Positions 18,932 through 27,271 are shown, numbered from the stretch's first letter. The stretch is DNA of 64,000 nucleotides from an uncultured Muribaculaceae bacterium (GCA_964551965.1 CAZKFB010000002.1:1457-65456); one strand, 5' to 3'. The notes: generated from the sequence alone by a model not told the origin. Numbers and translations are program-made.

Positions 18932-18957
18932 AACTTACTTTTTAGTAAGTTTTTTTT
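18931..18957 (+). terminator. Rho-independent terminator
   Basis: aaacttact-tttt-agtaagttt hairpin plus T-run. Confidence 0.75.
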
Positions 18958-18990
18958 ATGATATAATAACTAATAGAATAGAGTGATAAT

Positions 18991-19563
18991 ATGATTGAAA
19001 CACTAATCATTATTCCGATTATATCAACGGCATTTGTATTCTTTATTTCTGGTATAATACCTTATGCTTTAGGTAATGACATAAATACGATTTATATAGT
19101 TATATCAACATTAGTTTTATTAATATCATCTTTTCTATTGCCAAATAGTTTAAATAAAACTCTAAAAAATATAAAGTTTATAAATAATTTAAATAATCAT
19201 AGTAATTTATGTTCTAGTTATGTATCTTTTTTACTATTATTTATCTTTGCTATTGCTTTATTAATTAACGCAATATTTATTAAATTTAGTATTTTTAAAT
19301 TCTTTATAGGTATAGCTATTACAATATTATTTATATATATCAATTATCTTTTATTTGCCTTTAAAGAATGTGTATTAGAGTGTATATATATAGAAGAAGA
19401 AAATGGTCTTAATTGTATTACTTTTATCGATGAAGAAGAAAAGATAATAGAATACTATACAAAAGAAAAAGTAAAAGAAAATACTCATTATAAAGTAGTA
19501 ATGAATAAACATACGAGATGGGTTAAAAAAATAGTATCAGAAGTAATTGTGTTGGAAGGATAA
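18991..19563 (+). CDS. Polytopic membrane protein, unknown function
   Basis: Four hydrophobic segments. No recognised motif. Confidence 0.55.
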   Translation: MIETLIIIPIISTAFVFFISGIIPYALGNDINTIYIVISTLVLLISSFLLPNSLNKTLKNIKFINNLNNHSNLCSSYVSFLLLFIFAIALLINAIFIKFSIFKFFIGIAITILFIYINYLLFAFKECVLECIYIEEENGLNCITFIDEEEKIIEYYTKEKVKENTHYKVVMNKHTRWVKKIVSEVIVLEG

Positions 19564-19569
19564 AGTTTT

Positions 19570-20427
19570 ATGAATAATGAAAATAATAATAGTAATAATT
19601 ATGTTGCTCCTAAAAGTGTTGATTTAAATAATGCTGATCTAAGAGAAGCATCTGATATTCTAAATCGTGAAAGAACTAATATAGTAAGTGCAACATTACA
19701 AGCCAATTCTGCAATTAATGCGGAAGATGCAAAAGTTGTTAACAATGCTATTAAAGTAAAGAAGAAGAATCCCCTTATAAATGCCTTAATAGTAATAATT
19801 AGTCTTATTGTTGGTGGGGCTTTAATCTTCTTCGCCTTAAAATATTCTAAAGAATTTATTGATAAAGGAGAAGAACCAACTACAACAACAACGACAACTA
19901 GATTGAATATGCATACTAAAGTATTAAATTATTTAACTGATTTATCAAAAGTTAGAAAGTTTGAAACTTCAAGTAGAATATTGTTCCTTCTTCCAGGAAA
20001 CTTTGACCTAGTTAATAATAGTTTATATTACTTTTCCATTGATAAAAATGAGGCTTCAGTAATTAATCAAACTTACGGAACATATACTATAGTAGATGAA
20101 GCCTTAGTGCTTGACAATAATGAACGATTTGAAATTACCGAAGGTGGAATTAGTCAAAATGATATTATTCTAAATATCTATGATGATGAATATAAGTATT
20201 ATTATAGTAAGAATGAAGGATATAATAGTTTGCTATTGATTAATGGTACTTTAAAATGTGAGACTAGCCTTTACTTGACATCAGATACAATAAGTACTAA
20301 TATTATAATGTCCGGTTATCAAGAAACTCAAGATAGTATAATATTGAGTAATGGGACAGTTTTTAGTAAACAAGATAAAGTAATTGTTGATAATATTAAT
20401 AATAAATATTTAACACTAGCTGGGTAA
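19570..20427 (+). CDS. Single-pass membrane protein with poly-Thr stalk, unknown function
   Basis: TM segment (LINALIVIISLIVGGALIFFAL) followed by EEPTTTTTTT and a 180-aa ectodomain. Confidence 0.55.
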   Translation: MNNENNNSNNYVAPKSVDLNNADLREASDILNRERTNIVSATLQANSAINAEDAKVVNNAIKVKKKNPLINALIVIISLIVGGALIFFALKYSKEFIDKGEEPTTTTTTTRLNMHTKVLNYLTDLSKVRKFETSSRILFLLPGNFDLVNNSLYYFSIDKNEASVINQTYGTYTIVDEALVLDNNERFEITEGGISQNDIILNIYDDEYKYYYSKNEGYNSLLLINGTLKCETSLYLTSDTISTNIIMSGYQETQDSIILSNGTVFSKQDKVIVDNINNKYLTLAG

Positions 20428-20507
20428 TAAAGTGTTAAATAATATGTTTTTACTATACATGAATATTGCTAAATGATATAATTAGAAAGTACAGGAGTGA
20501 ATTAATC

Positions 20508-21029
20508 ATGAAGAATGATTTAAGTTTTGAGGCTATTGCATCAAATATACTTAGTAATAAGAAATTTAATAAAATATCACTTGAAACTCATCATGGAATG
20601 TCAAGAATGGATCATTCTTTGAAAGTTGCAAGATATGTTTATAATATTTCAAAAAAATTACATTTAGATTATGAATCAGCTACTAGAGCAGCTATTCTAC
20701 ATGATTTTTTTACAAATGATGAATTGTGTGGAACTAAGGGATTTGCTGAGTTAGTTGTTCACCCATCTATTGCTTTAGCCAATGCAAAAGGTGAATTTAA
20801 CCTTAATGAAATAGAGACAAATGCTATTGAAACACATATGTTTCCAGCAAGTTTAAAATTCCCTAAATATAAGGAAAGCTGGGTATTATCTTTAGTTGAT
20901 AAGACAATTTCAACTGTTGAATTATTCCAACATAAATTTAAATATACAAGATTTACTAATAAAGTTAAAAATAAGTTAGATCTTGCAGGAATATGTGCAT
21001 ATTACATAATAACAATGGGACGCAAATAG
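20508..21029 (+). CDS. HD-domain phosphohydrolase
   Basis: The ATG at 20508 follows AGGAGTG. Motif HHGMSRMDHSLKVA...AAILHDFF (H...HD). Confidence 0.75.
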   Translation: MKNDLSFEAIASNILSNKKFNKISLETHHGMSRMDHSLKVARYVYNISKKLHLDYESATRAAILHDFFTNDELCGTKGFAELVVHPSIALANAKGEFNLNEIETNAIETHMFPASLKFPKYKESWVLSLVDKTISTVELFQHKFKYTRFTNKVKNKLDLAGICAYYIITMGRK

Positions 21030-21066
21030 TTCACATTGTTATTTTTTTGTGATAATATAATTATAT

Positions 21067-21143
21067 GTTCTCGTAGCTCAGTAGGATAGAGCGTTTGCCT
21101 CCTAAGCGAAAGGTCGGGAGTTCGATTCTCCCCGGGAACACCA
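21067..21143 (+). tRNA. tRNA-Arg (anticodon CCU), with encoded CCA
   Basis: Hand-folded cloverleaf. Acceptor GTTCTCG/CGGGAAC, D-arm GCTC-AGTAGGATA-GAGC, anticodon arm TTTGC-CTCCTAA-GCGAA, T-arm GGGAG-TTCGATT-CTCCC, then A and CCA. Confidence 0.9.
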
Positions 21144-21273
21144 TTTATTATAGAATTTTTAATTACAAATTATTTACATTGATTTTTAGTGTTCTATGTA
21201 AATAAATGTTTATTAACATTAATATAAATATTTCAATAAGGAATCTATACAAATAAGAAAGAATTGGTTGATA

Positions 21274-21915
21274 ATGATAAATAAAGTATTGCAAACAGAA
21301 AAACGAGTTGTTCTTCCTGTTGAAAATATTCAGCAATTGCCAGAATTACCAGCGGGATGCGAAGTTACTTCCGCTGCCATTGTAATGAATTATGAAGGTA
21401 TCAAGGTAGATAAAGTGGAACTTTTATCTTATTTACCAATAATGGAATCAGCTAATGCAAATGGATGTTGGGAATCACCATGGTGTAAATTCATAGGCAA
21501 CCCTAAACTTAGTTATTATGGTTGCTATGCACCCGTAATTATCGAAACTTTAAATGTTTTTTTTAAAAACAATAACATTGATTATTTTGAAGTAGTTGAT
21601 ATCAGTAATAGTTCAATAAAAGAATTATATGAGCAGATTGACAATGGACATCCAGTTATAGTATGGGCAACAATGTTTATGAAAGAATCTTATACTGGAA
21701 GATCTTCTTGGACCCTTCAAGACGGAACAAAATTTGATTGGAAATCAAATGAACATTGTTTAGTTCTTATAGGATATGACAAAGAAAAAAATACAGTTAT
21801 TTTTTCAGATCCATTTGATAGTAAGGGTACAGTTGAGTATGATGTTGACCTTTTTAACAAAAGATTTACTGAACTTTATAATCAGGCTCTTATAATAAGA
21901 AGAAAAGGAAAATAG
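21274..21915 (+). CDS. Peptidase C39-like (YvpB-like papain-fold cysteine peptidase)
   Basis: N-terminal QQLPELPAGCEVTSAAIVMNY (catalytic Cys context) and a later HCLVLIGYD His motif. Confidence 0.6.
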   Translation: MINKVLQTEKRVVLPVENIQQLPELPAGCEVTSAAIVMNYEGIKVDKVELLSYLPIMESANANGCWESPWCKFIGNPKLSYYGCYAPVIIETLNVFFKNNNIDYFEVVDISNSSIKELYEQIDNGHPVIVWATMFMKESYTGRSSWTLQDGTKFDWKSNEHCLVLIGYDKEKNTVIFSDPFDSKGTVEYDVDLFNKRFTELYNQALIIRRKGK

Positions 21916-22016
21916 GAGATAATTAGAATATTATTAAACAAATTCTCTTTATAGGATTGGCTATTATATACTTCTTGCAATATTTATGATAGAATTATCT
22001 TAGAAAGGTGATGTTT

Positions 22017-23081
22017 ATGAAAAAGAGACTTTATACATTTATAGCTACAGTTCTTATGGTATTATTAGTACCATCTATGGTAAGTGCAAAAGTTTTAGTT
22101 GCTGGTGAAAATACAACTAAATTAGATGGAAAGCACAATGAGTCAAAACTAATATTTGGAAACTCCGTTTATAATTCAGCAGAGATTGATGGTTTAGCAA
22201 TGGTTTTTGGAAATCAAGTTAATGGTGATGGCAAAACTGACATTGGTGGATATGCAGGTAATATTATTACAATATCTGATGATGTTAAAAGGGATTTATT
22301 CGTTGCTGGTAATATGATTACAATTACTGATAAAGCAAAACTAAATCGTGATTTATTCATAGCTGGTAATATGATTACTGTCAGTAGTGATGTTGCAAGA
22401 AACTTAAATGTTGCAGGCTCAGTAGTTGATATAAGTGGTATCGAAGTTAAAGGAAATGCTCATATTTATGCTGATTCAATTATCATTGATGAGAAAACTA
22501 AAATAGTTGGAACATTAACAATTGATGAGACTTGTGAAGTTGAAGGCATGACGGCAAGTAACTATGGAAAACTTGTAAAAGAAAAATCTGAAGAAGTTGT
22601 TGAAGAATCACTTCAAACTAAAATAGTAGATGCTATTATAAGTGTATTAACTAGTTATGTTTCGGCTTTAATTATTTTACTATTATTCTCTAAAGTAAGA
22701 AAAGCTTTAGATAAAACTAAGTTTGAAGGTAAAACTGTAATTGGTTCTTCATTCAAAGGGTTAGCTGCATTAATAGTTGTACCAATTGTTTCTATCTTTG
22801 CAATGGTTACTGGTATATTATTACCAATATCATTAATTACATTAGCCCTATATGTATTTGCTATCTATATGGCTGGTATACTTGCAAGTTATATATTTAC
22901 TCATAATATTTGGAAATTAAAATTAAAACCAAATTTCTATTTAGAATTATTAGCAGGTATAGTTGTAGTTAAAGTATTATCATATGTACCATATGTTGGT
23001 GGATTAGTTGGTGCTGTAATGTTATTCTATGGACTTGGACTAATTTGTGAACTTGTACTTGGCTTAATTAAGAATAAGTAA
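22017..23081 (+). CDS. Membrane protein with extracytoplasmic beta-helix-like repeats (bactofilin / polymer-forming-like) and a polytopic C-terminal domain
   Basis: Signal peptide. Repeated RDLFVAGNMITI / RDLFIAGNMITV / RNLNVAGSVVDI units. About 5 C-terminal TM segments. Confidence 0.55.
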   Translation: MKKRLYTFIATVLMVLLVPSMVSAKVLVAGENTTKLDGKHNESKLIFGNSVYNSAEIDGLAMVFGNQVNGDGKTDIGGYAGNIITISDDVKRDLFVAGNMITITDKAKLNRDLFIAGNMITVSSDVARNLNVAGSVVDISGIEVKGNAHIYADSIIIDEKTKIVGTLTIDETCEVEGMTASNYGKLVKEKSEEVVEESLQTKIVDAIISVLTSYVSALIILLLFSKVRKALDKTKFEGKTVIGSSFKGLAALIVVPIVSIFAMVTGILLPISLITLALYVFAIYMAGILASYIFTHNIWKLKLKPNFYLELLAGIVVVKVLSYVPYVGGLVGAVMLFYGLGLICELVLGLIKNK

Positions 23082-23192
23082 TAAAGAAGATAACTAAAGT
23101 TATCTTTTTTATATTATTTATTGAAATAAGGACTAATTACATAGTCCTTATTTTATTGCTTGCATATTATAAGGTAGAAAGGGGAATCGTTT

Positions 23193-23465
23193 ATGAATCC
23201 AAGATGTTATGAACAAGAAATGAAGACTACCGATCCAAATATGCAAGAAGCAGTGAATCCCGGTTGTCCATGTCCTCCAGTATATGAATGTCCAGAGACA
23301 AGAGTATGTGAGAGATATATCATGCATGAAGTTCCACACGTTATTCCAGTACATACTAAAATAGTAAATCATCATATAATTCGCCATACATATACACCAT
23401 GCTTTACTATGAGTGAATGTGACACATGTGAACACGTATATGATCCTTGCTGCAAAAACTTCTAG
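23193..23465 (+). CDS. CotD-family spore coat protein-like (Cys/His-rich)
   Basis: The 90-aa protein carries VPHVIPVHTKIVNHHIIRHTYTP, resembling the CotD core. Many Cys and His residues. GGGGA Shine-Dalgarno sequence. The antisense ORF 23148-23435 is treated as spurious. Confidence 0.6.
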   Translation: MNPRCYEQEMKTTDPNMQEAVNPGCPCPPVYECPETRVCERYIMHEVPHVIPVHTKIVNHHIIRHTYTPCFTMSECDTCEHVYDPCCKNF

Positions 23466-23575
23466 AAATAGAAGTTTTAATTTTTTTAACAGAAATTAAT
23501 CAGTAATTGATCAGTGAATGATATTCACATTTTATTTATTAGCTATATAATATAGTAGGATGGTCGAAATGGGAT

Positions 23576-23604
23576 TTGACAAATCATATTAAATAGAATA
23601 GAAT
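23576..23604 (+). promoter_or_regulatory. SigA-type promoter (TTGACA-17-TAGAAT)
   Basis: Perfect -35 at 23576-23581, a 17-nt spacer and -10 TAGAAT at 23599-23604. A second candidate is TTCACA-16-TATAAT at 23524-23551. Confidence 0.6.
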
Positions 23605-23630
23605 ATTCCCCGTAGTAAAAATAAATGGAT

Positions 23631-23657
23631 AGTTGTAGTAAACCTACAACTTTTTTT
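23631..23657 (+). terminator. Leader terminator or attenuator hairpin upstream of the regulator-adhesin-sortase operon
   Basis: agttgtag-taaac-ctacaact (8-bp stem) plus T7. Flanked by the perfect 10-bp inverted repeat aatattcccc (23602-23611) / ggggaatatt (23660-23669). Confidence 0.65.
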
Positions 23658-23703
23658 AGGGGGAATATTAACGGAAGAAACTAAATTAAAACCAAAGCAT
23701 ATT

Positions 23704-24123
23704 ATGGACAAGAGAATTATGGATTTGTTCGATTATGGAGAATGTTTAAAAAAAGTTGATAGACTTTTATTAGAATATGAAAGAGCATCATATCGACTTA
23801 CTGGAGATATGAAAAGCTCGTTTGGAATAAATATAAGCAATAAAGGTTATAATAATAATAGAGTATTAAACAATGTTATTAAAACAATCGAAAGTGAAGA
23901 AGAATACACTTATATTTCAAACAAGTTTAAGATGGCTTTTGAGACATTCTGCGAAATTGAAAAAGAATATTTTATGAGATGTATGTTATATCGCAATGTG
24001 ACTGATGAACAATTCTCTGAAGTAATGAATATTTCCATAATGAATATGCGAAAAATTAAAAAGAGTGTAGTATTTAAAATAACGGAAGCTTTTTCCATAT
24101 CGGTTATGAAAGGAGAATTATGA
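23704..24123 (+). CDS. ArpU-family / sigma-70 region-4-like transcriptional regulator
   Basis: The 139-aa protein has size and layout typical of ArpU-like late regulators, with a C-terminal HTH-like segment (FSEVMNISIMNMRKIKKSVVFKITEAF). Confidence 0.5.
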   Translation: MDKRIMDLFDYGECLKKVDRLLLEYERASYRLTGDMKSSFGINISNKGYNNNRVLNNVIKTIESEEEYTYISNKFKMAFETFCEIEKEYFMRCMLYRNVTDEQFSEVMNISIMNMRKIKKSVVFKITEAFSISVMKGEL

Positions 24124-24233
24124 TTTATACATTAATCTTTTTATTATTAGTTTTTGTATTTAGTTGTATGAAAATGTCTAGCTATTGTTCTAGACAAGAA
24201 GAATATAGAGAAAGGAGGGACTTACATTTGTAA
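24120..24233 (+). CDS. 37-aa hydrophobic micro-ORF (MIYTLIFLLLVFVFSCMKMSSYCSRQEEYRERRDLHL)
   Basis: ATGA overlap with the regulator stop codon. One TM-like segment plus a basic tail. Below the ORF-track size cut-off; read directly from the sequence. Confidence 0.4.
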   Translation: MIYTLIFLLLVFVFSCMKMSSYCSRQEEYRERRDLHL

Positions 24234-24243
24234 GTCTTTTTAT

Positions 24244-26400
24244 ATGAAAAAAATAATTAAATATATGGCATTTATATTAGCTGTTTTCTTAATAAATATC
24301 AGTAGTATAAATGCCGAAGAATATAAAGGAGTTATTGAAAAAGGGGAACCTATTAAAGGTGTTTATTATTATAAGACAAGACAGGATACTGAAGATGTAA
24401 AATATCCAACCCATGAATTTCATGAAGCAGCTTATATATATCGTGATTCCATTAACCACAATATCGTATATTGTATAGAATCATGGCAACACCTAACGGG
24501 AGCAACGACAAATGACTATAGAGTATATGATCACAATGTAAAAGAAACTAATTTATCTGATAGCTTAATTGATGAATTAAATCTAGTTGCTTATTATGGA
24601 TATGGTTATAAGGATGATAAATACGATCATACAAGTCCTGAATGGTATGCAGTAACACAAGCTCTTATTTGGCAATTACAAGCGCCAAACTATAGACATT
24701 ATATTACTAATAGTATTTCGTCAACAAAACAAAGTTTTGAGTATGATAAAAAAATAAACGAGTTAAAGAAACTCGTAAGTGTTCATAAGTGGAATCTTTT
24801 TCTAAGTAATATTGATATGGAAATTAATACAGTAGAAGAGGAAGAGGAAAAAACAGGGAACTTAAAGTTTTATGAAATTGATAAATATGATGAAGGAATA
24901 GATGTATCTATTGAGGATCAAAAAGTAATAATTAAATCATTAAATAAAGCGGGAAATTTTTCCTATTCCTTAAGAAGAAAGTTTAATAAATGGAATAAAA
25001 AAATGAAAATATATGTCAGTGATAAATATCAAAATGTCTTAGAGCCTGGAGACATGGAAGATGATGTCGTAACCAAAAATGTTAAAGTTAAAGACCATGT
25101 CCTAAGCTTTATTGTATATGCATTAGTTCCTCAGCAATATACGGAAGATAAACGTAATGTATCTAGAAGTTATTTTTTCCCAGATGTTGAAGTAACTATA
25201 AAGGTAAAGAAAGACATATATGATGGAGCAGGTAATTTAATTTATAAAAAGGGTAGTATTTATTCTACAGAAAAGAGTATTGTTGGTTATTCGAATATTC
25301 ATGTACCATCCGGGACTTTTGAATTAGAGACCATTACTAATATTCCGGGCTTTAAAAGTGCACAAAAAATTGTCGAGATAAACGATAAAGATGAATCAAC
25401 TATTTTAGTGTTAGATATGAGTAAGTTTGTGTTTAATTTAGACAAAACTCTAGAGGTAATGCAAGATAATGGAACAGTATCTCATATTCCAGGACAAAAT
25501 ATATCGTTTGGTTTATATGCTAACGAAGATATAAAGAATATATTTGGGGGAACATTCTTAAAGAAAGATCAATTACTTGCAACTTTTAATACTGACGAAC
25601 ATGGAAAAATTCATAAAACTCAAAGTTTTATATTACCAGGCAAATATTACTTAAAAGAGATCACAGAATTAGATGATTATGAACTTAATAATCAAAAGTA
25701 CGAAGTAACTCTGTCTTATCCTGAAGAGTATCAAGATTCTATTGAATTAGAAGAAATTAAAGTTGAAAACAAACTTAAAACAGGTATATTAGAGATTACA
25801 AAATTGGATGCTAATAAACTATTCCCATTAGAAAATGTAACTTATTCCCTTTATAGTAAAGACAAAAGTTTAATTGAAACAAAATCGACAAATGAATATG
25901 GAAAAGTAAAATTTGATGTAAAAGTTGGAGAATATTTTATAAAGGAAAATACAGCTTTAGATGGATATCTAAAAGATGATAAAACATACTATGTAAAAGT
26001 AGATCATGCTAATTTAAATCCTACATATAAATTGTTAAATGAGAAAATAGAAAACGAAAAAGAACCTGATAAACCAACTGAACCGGAAATCCCTGAAGAA
26101 CCAAAAGATCCTGAAGAACCCAAAGATCCTGAAGAACCAAAAGAAGAAATAGAAAAGCCAATTGAAAAACCGGAAGATAAAATCGAAATACCGGAAGATA
26201 AAGAACAACCAATTATTCCGGAAGATGAAGATAAAGAACCTATTGGTAATAGAGTAGATGAAGAGCCTACTTATGATTCAAATGAGGAGGAAGGTCTAAT
26301 TGTTAACGTACCTAGTACTAATGTATATAATTATTTTTCTATATTATTATTTCTATTAAGTATAACCATTATATCTTTAAGAATATGTTTAAAAGATTAA
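24244..26400 (+). CDS. Surface adhesin: thioester (TQxA) domain, 2 SpaA/CnaB-type domains, PE-rich stalk, non-LPXTG sorting signal
   Basis: Signal peptide. VYCIES (Cys77) and AVTQALIW (Gln139), with a YYGYGY segment between them. CnaB/SpaA-like TGILEITKLD...YGKVKFD...GEYFIKENTALDGY. (PEEPKD)x3 repeat. C-terminus NVPSTN, then the hydrophobic segment FSILLFLLSITIISL, then RICLKD. Confidence 0.75.
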   Translation: MKKIIKYMAFILAVFLINISSINAEEYKGVIEKGEPIKGVYYYKTRQDTEDVKYPTHEFHEAAYIYRDSINHNIVYCIESWQHLTGATTNDYRVYDHNVKETNLSDSLIDELNLVAYYGYGYKDDKYDHTSPEWYAVTQALIWQLQAPNYRHYITNSISSTKQSFEYDKKINELKKLVSVHKWNLFLSNIDMEINTVEEEEEKTGNLKFYEIDKYDEGIDVSIEDQKVIIKSLNKAGNFSYSLRRKFNKWNKKMKIYVSDKYQNVLEPGDMEDDVVTKNVKVKDHVLSFIVYALVPQQYTEDKRNVSRSYFFPDVEVTIKVKKDIYDGAGNLIYKKGSIYSTEKSIVGYSNIHVPSGTFELETITNIPGFKSAQKIVEINDKDESTILVLDMSKFVFNLDKTLEVMQDNGTVSHIPGQNISFGLYANEDIKNIFGGTFLKKDQLLATFNTDEHGKIHKTQSFILPGKYYLKEITELDDYELNNQKYEVTLSYPEEYQDSIELEEIKVENKLKTGILEITKLDANKLFPLENVTYSLYSKDKSLIETKSTNEYGKVKFDVKVGEYFIKENTALDGYLKDDKTYYVKVDHANLNPTYKLLNEKIENEKEPDKPTEPEIPEEPKDPEEPKDPEEPKEEIEKPIEKPEDKIEIPEDKEQPIIPEDEDKEPIGNRVDEEPTYDSNEEEGLIVNVPSTNVYNYFSILLFLLSITIISLRICLKD
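26092..26145 (+). repeat. 18-bp in-frame tandem repeat (PEEPKD x3)
   Basis: cctgaagaaccaaaagat repeated three times with single substitutions. Confidence 0.8.
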
Positions 26401-26912
26401 TTATTTCTATATTAATCATTATAATAAATATATTATCTCTATCTATAATAAGTGATAATACATTTATTGAACCAAATATAGAAAACAATGAAATAATAGA
26501 GAATAAGAAAGATTATTTAGGTATAATAGAAATCCCTAAACTAAAATTAAAGAGATATTTCTATAAAGTAGATGATGAAAAGAATACTGTAGAAAAAAAT
26601 ATCATGCTTATTGAAAAATCATCTATGCCTAATGAAAAGAATGGCAATATCATATTTGCGGCTCATCGGGGGAGATCAAAAGTTGCCTTCTTTGATAAAC
26701 TTCATTTAATTGAATATGGAGATGAGATAATCATATATTACAATAACAAAAAATATACATATCAATATAACAATAGATATGATGTTCCCAAAAATGGTCA
26801 TATCAAAATAATAAGAGATTTAAATAAAACATCTATTACTTTAATTACTTGTAAAAAAGGTACAAGTAAGCAAACTGTGTTCATCGGTTATTTAACAGAC
26901 AATAATTCGTAA
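26385..26912 (+). CDS. Minimal sortase (175 aa), dedicated to the upstream adhesin
   Basis: 16-nt overlap with the adhesin gene. N-terminal TM segment, His in FAAHRG and Cys in TLITCKKG. There is no Arg anywhere downstream of the Cys. Confidence 0.7.
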   Translation: MFKRLIISILIIIINILSLSIISDNTFIEPNIENNEIIENKKDYLGIIEIPKLKLKRYFYKVDDEKNTVEKNIMLIEKSSMPNEKNGNIIFAAHRGRSKVAFFDKLHLIEYGDEIIIYYNNKKYTYQYNNRYDVPKNGHIKIIRDLNKTSITLITCKKGTSKQTVFIGYLTDNNS

Positions 26913-26991
26913 AAAATGTGTAAATATTTTCTCGCTTTTGTTTAAAGATAAGTATTTATATAGTATATTATTACTATAGGAGAGTGAAATA

Positions 26992-27192
26992 ATGATTTAT
27001 CCATCTATTGATAAGATATTGAATACAGTAGATTCTAAATACATACTTGTTCATGTTGCGTCTAGAAGAAGTAAACAAATGAAAGAAACTGGACATTTAC
27101 AAATGAAAGAGTCTGAATATGTATCAAAAAGAGAACTTGGTAGAGCATTGGAAGAAGTAGAAAAAGGATTAATCAAAATCGAAAAAAAATAA
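26992..27192 (+). CDS. rpoZ: DNA-directed RNA polymerase subunit omega
   Basis: 66 aa. The segment PSIDKILNTVDSKYILVHVASRRSKQM matches the omega N-terminal consensus. Confidence 0.85.
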   Translation: MIYPSIDKILNTVDSKYILVHVASRRSKQMKETGHLQMKESEYVSKRELGRALEEVEKGLIKIEKK

Positions 27193-27271
27193 TCCTTTTT
27201 TTTATGTAAAAAAGCATCTTTCTCTATTGTTTTGCATATATATTATTGTTAAACTTATAATAGGTGATAAT

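Noticed and set aside
21144-21267. The inverted repeat tttacat...atgtaaa downstream of the tRNA as an att site or regulatory element.
   Set aside because: It is a 7-bp AT-only stem in a very AT-rich spacer, which is expected by chance. It has no similarity to the tRNA 3' end.
23148-23192. A SigK/SigE-type sporulation promoter for the CotD-like gene.
   Set aside because: Only a -10-like CATAnnnTA element is visible. No AC-type -35 sits at the required spacing of 16-17 nt, so it is not reported as a feature.
27227-27271. The upstream track starts of several ORFs. Examples: 27227 for the ATPase, 189, 3684, 10298, 20466, 21268, 22008, 32617, 33144, 35824, 41794, 44614, 50407, 50706, 52471 and 59632.
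   Set aside because: These are maximal ORF extensions, often from TTG or GTG codons that lie inside the Shine-Dalgarno sequence itself. An internal ATG with correct SD spacing and a sensible N-terminus (signal peptide or a conserved family start) was preferred.
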